Of a stretch of 64,000 nt of DNA, positions 9,366 through 18,475 are shown one piece after another. A model generated the notes under the pieces. That model had not been told where the DNA came from. It did no database searches and saw only the letters and a program-made list of their open reading frames with translations. Position 1 is the stretch's first letter. Each line of letters starts with the position of its first letter. Source of the DNA: Terriglobales bacterium (GTDB lineage: Bacteria; Acidobacteriota; Terriglobia; Terriglobales; Acidobacteriaceae); the NCBI GenBank assembly GCA_015654835.1, contig JAATGG010000159.1, positions 5,576 to 69,575 of the forward strand. The letters run 5' to 3'. Made by a program: the position numbers and the translations under genes.

Positions 9366-10742
9366 ATGGCTGTTCACGCGGAGGACCCCTTGAATATACA
9401 GTCCATTTCGCGCCGGGACTTTGTTCGTCTCGGTGCAGGTGCGGTAGCGGCTGGTGCTGCCGTCAGATCCACGTTGCTGGAGCCGCCGGTGCTTGCGGCG
9501 CAAACCTCGCCCGGCAGCACGACTGGGCGTAAGATTCGCTTTGTTTCGATCGGGACGGGGATTCGCGGCTGCGATTTGCTGCGGTCCGCGCGGAACGTAC
9601 CCAACGGCGAGCTGGTGGGCACGGCCGACCTCTATGACATGCATCAGAAGGCCGGCCTGGAGGCCTATGGCGCCAATGTGCCGACCAGCCGCGACTATCG
9701 CTCGCTGCTCGACCGCAAAGATGTGGATGCGGTGATTGTGGCCGTCTCGGATCATTTGCACCGGCGCGTAGTGTTGGATTGTGTGGCGGCAGGCAAAGAT
9801 GTGTATTGCGAAAAGCCCATGTCGCACAACGTCGCCGACGGCCAGGCAATGGTCGAAGCCGTACAATCGGGCAAGCGCATTTTTCAAGCCGGTAGCCAGC
9901 GCGTCAGCAACATTGTTTATAAGAAGGCAGCGGAGATTTATCGCTCGGGGCGGCTGGGCGAAGTGACTTATATCGAAGGTCACTCGGATCGTAATTCTCC
10001 CTCGGGCGCGTGGGTCTATCCGATACCACCCGATGCCAGTCCGGCGACAATCGACTGGCAAAGCTTCTTGCGCGATGCGCCGTCGCGGCCCTTCGATCCG
10101 GTGCGCTTTTTCCGCTGGCGCTGCTTTACGGATTACGGCGAAGGGGTGGCGGGCGATCTGTATGTGCACCTGATGTCGGGCATTCAGTGCATCAGCGGCA
10201 TCAACGCCGCGCCGATTCGCGCTTACTCATCGGGCAGCCTCACGCACTTTAAAGACGGCCGTGAATATCCCGATCTGCTGGCGACTCTTTACGACTATCC
10301 GAGCGTGACCATCAACCTGCACTGCAACCAGAACAGCGCGCAGGGGGAGCCGATTATCTTCTACGGTAAAGAGGCCACGATGGTGATCAACGGCAATACG
10401 CTGACCGTCACTCCGCAAGATACGCGGCCACAACCGGAAGGCTACTCGCTGAACGGGTGGACGGCGGCAACCAAGCAGCAGTATCTGAACGAGTGGCATG
10501 CCGCGCATCCAACGCCGGCGCCGGCACTGGGCGAGGCAGAGGTCTATAATGCGCCTGCGGGCTACGACGACACCGCCGATCATATCGCCAACTTCTTCAG
10601 CGCTGTGGAAACGCGGCAGCCTGTTGTGGAGGACGAGGTGTTCGGGCATCATGCCGCGATTGCCTGCCACATGGCCAATTTTTCGTACTTTCATCGAAAC
10701 GTTGCGACGTGGGATGACAGCGCCAAGGCCATCAAGGGATAA
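9366..10742 (+). CDS. Gfo/Idh/MocA-family oxidoreductase with twin-arginine signal
   Basis: TAT motif SRRDFVRLGAGAVAAGAAV, followed by a Rossmann segment IRFVSIGTGIRG and the motif CEKPM. Confidence 0.85.
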   Translation: MAVHAEDPLNIQSISRRDFVRLGAGAVAAGAAVRSTLLEPPVLAAQTSPGSTTGRKIRFVSIGTGIRGCDLLRSARNVPNGELVGTADLYDMHQKAGLEAYGANVPTSRDYRSLLDRKDVDAVIVAVSDHLHRRVVLDCVAAGKDVYCEKPMSHNVADGQAMVEAVQSGKRIFQAGSQRVSNIVYKKAAEIYRSGRLGEVTYIEGHSDRNSPSGAWVYPIPPDASPATIDWQSFLRDAPSRPFDPVRFFRWRCFTDYGEGVAGDLYVHLMSGIQCISGINAAPIRAYSSGSLTHFKDGREYPDLLATLYDYPSVTINLHCNQNSAQGEPIIFYGKEATMVINGNTLTVTPQDTRPQPEGYSLNGWTAATKQQYLNEWHAAHPTPAPALGEAEVYNAPAGYDDTADHIANFFSAVETRQPVVEDEVFGHHAAIACHMANFSYFHRNVATWDDSAKAIKG

Positions 10743-10850
10743 ACGATCAACGTGGGCTCTTCCACTGCGCCCGTCGTGGACAAAGCGGAAGAGCCGCTCC
10801 CCCCAACTTGTGTAAGTAGCCCTGCAAAGCTTCTTAGGAGAACCGAGTCA

Positions 10851-11711
10851 ATGAATTCAACTTCGCGTAGAACTTTCTTGAAGGCCACAGGTGCAGTTGC
10901 CGCGGCAGCCTGTATGGGCGTTGGCCGCCTCGCTGCAGCCGCGGTCAACAAGCCCATCGGCCTGCAGCTTTATTCGGTGCGCAACCTGCTGCCCAAAGAC
11001 TTTGACGGCACGCTGCACCAGTTGAGCGCGGCTGGCTATAAGGAAGTAGAGGCCGCCGGCTATTACAACAAGACCGCCGCGGAGTTTCGCCACTCCATGG
11101 ACCAGGCCGGGCTGCGCTGCGTCAGTACCCACCATCCGCTCGGCGTGTTGCGGCCGCAACTCGATGAGTTGATCGAATACGGCCATGCGCTGGGCCTCGA
11201 CTACATGATCTGCTCGTCTTCAGTACGCCGCGATCCCTCGTTGAAAGGGCCTCTGACGCTGGATGACTGGCGCTGGGTAGCAAGCGAGTTCAACCGCATC
11301 GGCGAGAAGGTAAAGGCCGCCGGCATGACCTTCGGCTACCACAATCACGTTCCCGAATTCGGCACCGAAAACGGGGTGGTGTTCTACGACGAGCTACTGA
11401 AGCGGACCGATCCCAAGCTGGTGGTATTCGAGCTGGATTGCGGCTGGATCTCCGCCTCCGGGCACGACCCGATAGCCTATCTCAGCAAAACGCCGGAGCG
11501 GTTCCCGTTGCTGCATGTGAAGGATATGGCGAAGGGGCCGGATGGCAAGTTCCACTCCGTGGTGATGGGCCATGGCGTGGTGAACTATCACCCGATTTTG
11601 CGCGCCGCCACCGGACTGAAGCACTATTTCATCGAGCAGGAAGAGTTCACCAGCGACACGATGGACGAGCTTCGTCAGGATGCCGAATACATGCGCACAT
11701 TCAGCGTATAA
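10851..11711 (+). CDS. sugar phosphate isomerase/epimerase (xylose-isomerase-like TIM barrel) with twin-arginine signal
   Basis: I placed the start at MNSTSRRTFLKATGAVAAAA (ATG 10851, with aggag 10 nt upstream). TIM-barrel motifs: GLQLYSVR, GYKEVE, FGYHNH, ELDCGW. Confidence 0.85.
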   Translation: MNSTSRRTFLKATGAVAAAACMGVGRLAAAAVNKPIGLQLYSVRNLLPKDFDGTLHQLSAAGYKEVEAAGYYNKTAAEFRHSMDQAGLRCVSTHHPLGVLRPQLDELIEYGHALGLDYMICSSSVRRDPSLKGPLTLDDWRWVASEFNRIGEKVKAAGMTFGYHNHVPEFGTENGVVFYDELLKRTDPKLVVFELDCGWISASGHDPIAYLSKTPERFPLLHVKDMAKGPDGKFHSVVMGHGVVNYHPILRAATGLKHYFIEQEEFTSDTMDELRQDAEYMRTFSV

Positions 11712-11847
11712 GAGCAGGGCTTGCCGGCCTCCGAGACTCGCCGTTTGCAAACATTTTCCCGGAGGCTAAGCCTCATCGATCTATCTTTGGGAGCCCTGTT
11801 ATTCCTGGGCTCCAGCATTTGTCGCGCGGTCTTTTTGCAACAACCGC

Positions 11848-13365
11848 TCAGCCGCCTATCGAATCGGCACGCTGGGTGTCCAGAGACGTCCGGCTGTTCC
11901 AGCGGCGACCGAACTCCAGCGTCTTTTCCACCAGAGTATCCATTTCCGCCTGGCTGGTGCGATGGTTCACGATGGCGGCGCGAATGACGAAGCGGCCATC
12001 AAGAATGGTGCTGGAGGGTGCAACAGCGCCCGACTCCTGCAGATCGATCACGATCTGGCGGTTGGCTCGTTCCGGATTCTCCGCGCGATAACGAAAGCAG
12101 ACAATGTTCAGCTCAATGGGCGCCATCAACTCAAGCTCCGGCGTTGCGGCAATGCGTTTGCCGAGATACTGCGCGAGCCTGCAGGTGCGGGAGATCACGG
12201 CTCCAATGGCCGCAGTGCCGTAGACCTTCAGGGTGAGCCAGGTTTTGAGGGCGCGAAAGCCGCGGGAGAGGTCCGGGCCGAAATCGCAGGGCCAGGGCGA
12301 ACCACCCGCCAGGCCGCGGCCCTCCCGCTGCAAATACACCGCAGGAGAGGTGAAAGCCTGCTGCTGAAGCGCGCCATCCCGCACCAGAATGAAACCGGCG
12401 TCGTAGGGAACCTGTCCCCATTTGTGGAAGTCGAAGGCCAGCGAATCGGCGCGCTCAATGCCGCGAAGCCGCGGCGCAAGATCGGGAGCCAGCATAGCCA
12501 GAGCGCCGTACGCTCCATCCACATGGAACCAGAGCTTCTCGCGCTGACAGAGGTCGGCAAGGGCAGCGAGGTCGTCGATCGCACCCATATCCACGGTACC
12601 TGCGGTTCCGGCCACGAAAAAGGGCGTGCAGCCGGCAGCACGATCCTCGGCAATGGCAAGAGCCAGGGCGTCAAGGTCGATGCGGCCACGGCCGTCGGTG
12701 GCAATCAGGCGCAGCGCGTCGCTGCCCAGGCCGGCCATATCCATGCCCTTGGCGAGGCAGCCGTGAACCCCTTGAGAAGCGTAGGCGGTGAGCCGACGGG
12801 TGTCGCCGGCAACACCGCTCCGGCGCGACTCGAAGCCCAGCGCAACATCCCGCGCGATGACCACCGCGATAAAGTTGGCCATTGAGGAGCCTGTGACAAA
12901 CAGGCCCGCGGCGGTTTCAGGAAAGCTGAACACCTCGCGCATCCAGCGAGCTACCTGCCGCTCCACCTCGATGGGAATCTGGTCGCGGCCACCCACGTTG
13001 GCGTTCAAGCCAGCGGCCAGCATCTCGGCCAACATGCCCACCGGGGTTCCACCGCCTTGCACCCAGCCCATAAAGCCGGGGTGCGCATTGCCTGCGGCAA
13101 AGGGAAGAATCGATTCCATGAATTCCACATGGGCCTGTGCAAGACTGGACGGCTCAACAGGAATAGTGCTTTGGAATCTGGCTCTTACCTCGTCGGGAAT
13201 CGGCTGCCAGACGGGGCGCTGACGGAGGTCCCGAAGGTAATCGAACATATCGTCGAGCATGGTGTGGGCCTGATGGCGAAGACTCTGCCAATCTTCCGGG
13301 TCCAGCGATTCCTGCGCGGGGCCCAGTGCGGCGGTGTTGCAATGCGGGGATGTGTCGGCTGTCAT
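11848..13365 (-). CDS. pyridoxal-dependent (group II, aromatic-L-amino-acid type) decarboxylase
   Basis: Motifs HPGFMGWVQGGGTPVGMLAEML and DFHKWGQVPYDAG (PLP lysine). I chose the start MTADTS at 13365; the longest ORF reaches 13428. Confidence 0.85.
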   Translation of the reverse strand: MTADTSPHCNTAALGPAQESLDPEDWQSLRHQAHTMLDDMFDYLRDLRQRPVWQPIPDEVRARFQSTIPVEPSSLAQAHVEFMESILPFAAGNAHPGFMGWVQGGGTPVGMLAEMLAAGLNANVGGRDQIPIEVERQVARWMREVFSFPETAAGLFVTGSSMANFIAVVIARDVALGFESRRSGVAGDTRRLTAYASQGVHGCLAKGMDMAGLGSDALRLIATDGRGRIDLDALALAIAEDRAAGCTPFFVAGTAGTVDMGAIDDLAALADLCQREKLWFHVDGAYGALAMLAPDLAPRLRGIERADSLAFDFHKWGQVPYDAGFILVRDGALQQQAFTSPAVYLQREGRGLAGGSPWPCDFGPDLSRGFRALKTWLTLKVYGTAAIGAVISRTCRLAQYLGKRIAATPELELMAPIELNIVCFRYRAENPERANRQIVIDLQESGAVAPSSTILDGRFVIRAAIVNHRTSQAEMDTLVEKTLEFGRRWNSRTSLDTQRADSIGG

Positions 13366-13494
13366 CAAGGCTATTTTCTCGCATCGGCGGACACTTCGCC
13401 TGTGCCGTTGAGCATACGCAGGCGGCAAGGACCGCTACTTCCACAAATCCACAGGCTGAGGAAATCCAGTCCGCTTTTCGGATAGGCTGGAGAT

Positions 13495-13782
13495 ATGAGC
13501 GTTTTCGACGAGAAACGGACGGAGTTGGAACAGCACGAGTTCATGATGGGGGTGGAGCGAGGCAGGCTGGCGGTGGCTCTGGACCTGTTGACCGACTCAT
13601 TGATCCTGGTAGGGCAGCACGGAGTGTACTGCGCATCCAGCCGTAACCCGTCCAAGCCGGCGCTCGACCTGCAAGCCGTTCTAGGCGGCATGGAGGGAGC
13701 CAAGGCGCTCATCCAGTCGGTGATGGAGGAACTGCGGGCACGGCGAGAGGCCGAGCGTGCCGAGAAACCCGCGGCCAGTTAG
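13495..13782 (+). CDS. hypothetical small protein (95 aa)
   Basis: The ORF fills an otherwise empty gap and has a charged helical C-terminus. I recognised no motif. Confidence 0.4.
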   Translation: MSVFDEKRTELEQHEFMMGVERGRLAVALDLLTDSLILVGQHGVYCASSRNPSKPALDLQAVLGGMEGAKALIQSVMEELRARREAERAEKPAAS

Positions 13783-13936
13783 AGCCGTTCTCCTCTTTGT
13801 GTGGTGTTTCCAGGGGCGTGCAAGGTGGTGTTTGCTTGGGGAAAACGCCACTCCGCAATCGCGGGTTCCCTTTATAGCGAGCAGGAGAACCGCTACGAAT
13901 GTGCCGGAAGCGCAAAGTGCGGTATGCTGATAGAGC

Positions 13937-14013
13937 GCGCCCGTAGCTCAGCTGGATAGAGCGAACGCCTCCGGAGCGTTAGGTCGGGAGTTCGAATCTC
14001 TCCGGGCGCACCA
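13937..14013 (+). tRNA. tRNA-Arg (anticodon CCG)
   Basis: 77-nt cloverleaf read by eye. Acceptor GCGCCCG/CGGGCGC; D arm GCTC-AGCTGGATA-GAGC; anticodon stem AACGC/GCGTT with loop CTCCGGA; variable loop AGGTC; T arm GGGAG-TTCGAAT-CTCTC; discriminator A; encoded CCA. Confidence 0.95.
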
Positions 14014-14071
14014 TCTTCTTCTTTTCCCTCTCAAAATTGGCAATTCATCCGCAAGCCTGAATGCATTTAAG

Positions 14072-14275
14072 TCAGGCTGCGAGGGCTTCTTGAGCGACAG
14101 CGTCGAGATCGGCGGCAGGGAAGTCTGCCGTAGAGCCAGCCTTGCGCCAGGTCGATGTCGATTTCTGTAAGTATCTCGACCTGGGCTGCTGTCTCGATGC
14201 CTTCGGCCAGCACCAAAGCTCCGTAGGGGTGGGCCTGCGCAACGGCTTCCGCGAACAAAAATCATCGGCGTCCAT
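14072..14275 (-). pseudogene. EAL-domain (c-di-GMP phosphodiesterase) C-terminal remnant, 5'-truncated and frameshifted
   Basis: One frame gives FAEAVAQAHPYGALVLAEGIETAAQVEILTEIDIDLAQGWLYGR. The natural-looking tail DFPAADLDAVAQEALAA continues in another frame. An in-frame TGA lies just upstream, and nothing precedes the last ~60 aa of the domain. Confidence 0.65.
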
Positions 14276-14416
14276 GATGCACCTCGATTTTCCAACGGTG
14301 GAAATGCTGTGGAAATATAGGCGGCATTTTCTCGGCTCGCAAAAGGTTCTCTCTCCGCTTCCTTACAGAGGATGGATGCGGATTGGGCCGGATCAGTCGA
14401 GGGCGGTTAGACTGAA

Positions 14417-15310
14417 ATGGATCGCGAACCTCTACATCGCGGCCAGGACAAGGTCTCAATGCACCTCAATTTCGGTTTTACCGCAGTCCAGATTCTCTGG
14501 ACACTGACGTTTGCGGCGCTGCTGGTACTGCTGGTGGTTCTTCTCGGCCGGGACCGCTCGAAGCGTTTTCCGTGGTTCACGACCGGCATCATGCTGGTGG
14601 CCATGCGGCTGCTGATTACGCGCCTGCTCTCCGGGCGCCTGCCCATGATTCCGCTGAACGCGATCTTTATTGCACTGGCCGATCTTGGAGCGGTAGTCGG
14701 GCTGATGGTGGTGGTGGAGCTGGCGCGGCGCGCCTTCGGCCCCGTCTCCCGGCGCACCTGGATCATCGGAACCGTGGTGCTATTGGCAATCGGCATGGGC
14801 GTACTGGCGATGTGGGGCCCCTGGCCGGCGCGCAAAATGCTCACGATCGACTCCCCGCTCGCCGTGCTGCGGCTGATGCAATTGATCGCGCAAAAGGGCG
14901 ATCTGCTGGTGAATCTGCTTGAGGTGCAACTAGGTGTGTTGGTGGTGCTGTTCGGCCGCCGCTTCAAAGCCGGCTGGCGCAGCCATACCCAGCAGATCGC
15001 CATCGGGCTCTCGACCGCGGCCATGGGCCAACTGCTCGTGCAGCGCATCTGGCAATACATCACCGTAACGGCGCACCCAACCACCGAGCAGGAATATGAG
15101 CGCGTAATCGGCCTGGGCGGCAAGCTGCTCAACGGAAACAGCGTCGTCTACCTGGCCGTGTTGGTGTGGTGGATCGTGTGTCTCTGGATCAACGAACCGG
15201 CAGCAGCGGAAGTGCCCGCCGCAGCGCCCCACGCGGAATACCTGGTTGCCGAAACCGCTCCCGAAGCGGCCAAGCAACCTGCCGACAAAGAACTGCCGCC
15301 TGTCGAATAA
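14417..15310 (+). CDS. hypothetical polytopic membrane protein
   Basis: Several hydrophobic helices (ILWTLTFAALLVLLVVLLG, GIMLVAMRLLI, IFIALADLGAVVGLMVVV and others). An alternative start is MHLNFG at 14459. Confidence 0.6.
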   Translation: MDREPLHRGQDKVSMHLNFGFTAVQILWTLTFAALLVLLVVLLGRDRSKRFPWFTTGIMLVAMRLLITRLLSGRLPMIPLNAIFIALADLGAVVGLMVVVELARRAFGPVSRRTWIIGTVVLLAIGMGVLAMWGPWPARKMLTIDSPLAVLRLMQLIAQKGDLLVNLLEVQLGVLVVLFGRRFKAGWRSHTQQIAIGLSTAAMGQLLVQRIWQYITVTAHPTTEQEYERVIGLGGKLLNGNSVVYLAVLVWWIVCLWINEPAAAEVPAAAPHAEYLVAETAPEAAKQPADKELPPVE

Positions 15311-15315
15311 AATCC

Positions 15316-15350
15316 CAAGGAATGCGCGGGTGAGGCTGCGCATTCCCTTG
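15316..15350. terminator. bidirectional hairpin between convergent genes
   Basis: CAAGGAATGCGC-loop-GCGCATTCCCTTG with T-rich flanks on both strands (ttcccc on one side, gggattttatt on the other). Confidence 0.6.
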
Positions 15351-15406
15351 TTCCCCTCGCCGCTGAAACCTCGCGGAAGGGGCATTCCTGCTGCCGTTAA
15401 ACCGTC

Positions 15407-15886
15407 CTAAATGTGGCAACTCGCTTGGCCGCGCTTTTCGAGATAGCGCTGGTGGTATTCTTCCGCGCGCCAGAACGTCTGTGCCGGCTCAACCTTGGTG
15501 ACAATACGCCTGGGGCTGAAGCGGCCTTCGGTTGTGAGCTGCTCGATCTTGGCGTGGGCCTGCGCTTCCTGTTCCGGGGAATGGAAGAAAATTGCGGAGC
15601 GGTACTGCGTGCCCCAATCCGGCCCCTGGCGGTTGAGGGTTGTGGGGTCATGCAGCGAGAAAAACGCGTCCAGTAGCTGCCCGTAGCTCACCTGGGCGGG
15701 GTCGAAATCGACCTCGACCACCTCGGCATGACCGGTTTGGTCGGTGCACACGTCCTGATAGCTGGGCCGGTCGAGCGCGCCGCCTTCATACCCAACGGCT
15801 GTGGCCTTCACGCCGGGAATGTTGGCAAACGCCACCTCGACTCCCCAAAAGCAGCCGGCTCCGAATGTCGCTTTTTCAATACTCAT
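15407..15886 (-). CDS. msrA: peptide-methionine (S)-S-oxide reductase
   Basis: 159 aa with the active-site motif ATFGAGCFWGVE. Confidence 0.95.
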   Translation of the reverse strand: MSIEKATFGAGCFWGVEVAFANIPGVKATAVGYEGGALDRPSYQDVCTDQTGHAEVVEVDFDPAQVSYGQLLDAFFSLHDPTTLNRQGPDWGTQYRSAIFFHSPEQEAQAHAKIEQLTTEGRFSPRRIVTKVEPAQTFWRAEEYHQRYLEKRGQASCHI

Positions 15887-16081
15887 GGCTGTAAAGATGC
15901 GCGATCCATGAATTCGGGTACAGATTTACTGACGGGGCTCTTCTGACGGAGCGAGGAACCGGGGCGCCCCAAAGCGAGCCGGCAATTCTCTTCAAGATAT
16001 TTTTATAGGAGAGCCAGACTTTGTTTTCGGAAATCAGGCCGCCGCGCCCATGGCACGACGGCCTGCAAGCAGAACGCGCTC

Positions 16082-18475
16082 TTAGCTGCGCTTCCGTCCA
16101 CCGGGCGCGCCACCAGAGCGCTTGCCGCCGCTGGAGGGCCTGCCCTTGAAGCCGCCGCCCGGCCGGGACGAACCACCCGGTTTGGAACGCGATCCAGCAC
16201 CGTAGCTCTTGCCGGGCTTGCTGCTAGGACGTGCGCCTCCGGCGCGAGGTACGCCGCTGCTGGTGGTGAAGGGACGCGCGAGCCCACCTTCGCGGCGACT
16301 GGAACCGGATGGCCCGGAACCGGTACGGCCTGGGCCGCTCGGACGATCGTAGCTGGGACGCCCCGTGCTGGGACGGCCTGAGCCAGAACCACCCGAAGTG
16401 GGGCGGTCATAGCTGGGACGGCTGGAACTCGGGCGACCGGTGCCAGAGCGGCCGGAGCTAGGCCGGTCCGACCGGGGACGATCATAATTGGGGCGATCCG
16501 AACCGGCCCGATCATAAGACGGACGGCCGGAACTTGGGCGGCCACTGCTGGGGCGGCCCGATGCCGGCCGGCTGGGGGCGGGACGCTCCGACTGCGTGAT
16601 CGGCTCGATGAATAACTGGGATGGCTTTCTGGGCCCGAGGTCCTCGAAATCGTCCTCATCGTGGCGCGCAGGAGCGGGACGCTTGTAAGCCGGGCGGTCA
16701 CTGGCGCCCGGTTTGCTCCAGGCCTTCTTTTCAGGTCTGTCCGAACCTGGTTTCGGCCCATAGGAGCGGCCCGCGGGCTTGTCACCAAAGGGACGCGAGG
16801 GGCGGTCGGTTGGACCACCACGATCCCCACCGGGCCTGGCTCCGGACCTGGGTCCCGATTTAGCTCCATAGGTGCGGCCTGCAGCAGGGCGATTACCAAA
16901 CGTTCTGCCTGCCGAGGGACGATCTTCGCCGCTTGCGCCTGCGCCGAAACGCGAGGGTGGGCGCGACGGGCCGGCATCCTTCTTCCATGCCGGACGGCTT
17001 GCGCCTTCCGCGGGACGAGACGAGCCGAAGCGTGCCGGGCCAGACCCGGCAGGCCGCGGACGGTCATCGCTGCGAGCGGGCCGGCCGGTTGCCGGGCGAT
17101 ATCCTTCGCCGGACGGACGAGCGGAACGGGAAGGCCTGTCGGCACCGAACGATTTGCCGCTGTCGAAGGACTTCTTGGGGCGGTACTCCTTTGAAGGAGT
17201 TCCAGCTTCGGAGCGCTCTGTAAAGGGCTTTGCAGATTTGGACCGGCTGGGCGCGCGATTGGAGCTGTCCTTGTCATAGCGGACGGACTTGCCGGCCTGC
17301 TTGGGCAAGGAAGCGTCGGCCGCATTCCGGCGGCGGACTTCCTTCGATTTCGGCGTACGCAGCTTGCCCTCTGCGACCTTGCGCAAGGCAACGAGTTCCT
17401 GCGCATCCAACTCGCGCAGATTGCCCGGCTCCTGGTCCAGAATCAGCGGGCCGTAACCGACGCGGCGAATCTTTTCAACAAAGTGGCCAATCTCCTCGAA
17501 CATCTTGCGGAGTTCGCGGTTGCGGCCTTCGATGAGAACAACTTCATACCAGGGGTTGTCGCCCTGGCGAATCTGGCGGACGCGGGCCGGGGCGGTACGC
17601 ACACGGCCTTGGCCGGGCTTGCCGCGCTCGATCTCCACGCCGTTGCGGATAATGTCGAGCTCCGCCTCGGTGGGCTGGCCGCTCACCTTGACGAGATAGG
17701 TCTTTTCCACACCGGAAGCAGCCTTGGTGAGCCGGTTGGCAAGGTCGCCGTCATTGGTCACCAGCAGCAGGCCCTCGGTCATGTAGTCGAGGCGGCCGAC
17801 CGGGTAGAGGCGCTCGTTCATCTTCTCGAAGAACTGCATCACCGTGGGCCGGTGCTCGGGGTCCTTGACGGTAGTCACAAAACCGCGAGGCTTGTTGAGA
17901 ACGAAGTAGCGGAGACGCTCGGCCCCCTGAAGCAGCTTGCCATCGACGCGGATATGATCGCGGCCGGCATCGGCCTTGGTGCCCAGTTCGGTCACGACCG
18001 TGCCGTTCACCTGAATGCGGCCCTGCTCGATCATCTCTTCCGCGTGGCGGCGGCTGGCTACACCGGCCTGGGCAAGAATCTTCTGCAGGCGCTCAAGCTT
18101 GGCGGGCGGGCGAGGCTTGGGCACGAAGTCGGGATCGGCGTCGGCATCATCTTCCGCATCCGCAGTTTCCTCTTCGCTGTCCTCATCCTCTTCTTCGTCG
18201 CCGTCGTCTTCGTCATCCTCATCGGCGTCGTCGGACTCGTCGTCATCTTCGTCTTCGACGCCATCGACGGCTTCTTCAAACGTGTCAGCAGCGGCTGCTT
18301 CGGCCTCGTCTTCACCGTCTTCAGGTGTGGCTTCAGAAGCAGTGGCGGCGGCAGCCTCTCCGTCGGTTTCATCGCCGATGGGGTCTGCAACGGGCCCATC
18401 GACAGGGGGCGCAATAGGCGTGGCCTGTTCGGGCTCGGATGATTCGGGTTTCAGGTTGTCGGTTTCATCGCTCAT
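16082..18475 (-). CDS. rluB: RluB-type 23S rRNA pseudouridine synthase with very long acidic N- and basic C-terminal extensions
   Basis: S4 domain LERLQKILAQAGVASRRHAEEMIEQGRIQVNG; catalytic core FVLNKPRGFVTT...YPVGRLDYMTEGLLLVTNDGDLANRL. I placed the start at MSDETD (ATG 18473-18475), which overlaps the scpB end by 11 nt. Confidence 0.85.
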   Translation of the reverse strand: MSDETDNLKPESSEPEQATPIAPPVDGPVADPIGDETDGEAAAATASEATPEDGEDEAEAAAADTFEEAVDGVEDEDDDESDDADEDDEDDGDEEEDEDSEEETADAEDDADADPDFVPKPRPPAKLERLQKILAQAGVASRRHAEEMIEQGRIQVNGTVVTELGTKADAGRDHIRVDGKLLQGAERLRYFVLNKPRGFVTTVKDPEHRPTVMQFFEKMNERLYPVGRLDYMTEGLLLVTNDGDLANRLTKAASGVEKTYLVKVSGQPTEAELDIIRNGVEIERGKPGQGRVRTAPARVRQIRQGDNPWYEVVLIEGRNRELRKMFEEIGHFVEKIRRVGYGPLILDQEPGNLRELDAQELVALRKVAEGKLRTPKSKEVRRRNAADASLPKQAGKSVRYDKDSSNRAPSRSKSAKPFTERSEAGTPSKEYRPKKSFDSGKSFGADRPSRSARPSGEGYRPATGRPARSDDRPRPAGSGPARFGSSRPAEGASRPAWKKDAGPSRPPSRFGAGASGEDRPSAGRTFGNRPAAGRTYGAKSGPRSGARPGGDRGGPTDRPSRPFGDKPAGRSYGPKPGSDRPEKKAWSKPGASDRPAYKRPAPARHDEDDFEDLGPRKPSQLFIEPITQSERPAPSRPASGRPSSGRPSSGRPSYDRAGSDRPNYDRPRSDRPSSGRSGTGRPSSSRPSYDRPTSGGSGSGRPSTGRPSYDRPSGPGRTGSGPSGSSRREGGLARPFTTSSGVPRAGGARPSSKPGKSYGAGSRSKPGGSSRPGGGFKGRPSSGGKRSGGAPGGRKRS
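16085..17365 (-). repeat. coding low-complexity region (Arg/Gly/Pro/Ser-rich degenerate repeats) forming the RluB C-terminal tail
   Basis: For example RPSSGRPSSGRPSSGRPSYDRAGSDRPNYDRPRSDRPSSGRSGTGRPSSSRPSYDRP. It covers about 425 codons after the catalytic core. Confidence 0.8.

Noticed and set aside
16003-17406. 467-aa Arg/Pro/Ala-rich ORF in another frame of the RluB tail
   Set aside because: It is an alternative-frame reading of a GC-rich repeat region, and it runs past the rluB stop. The RluB frame is continuous with the catalytic core.
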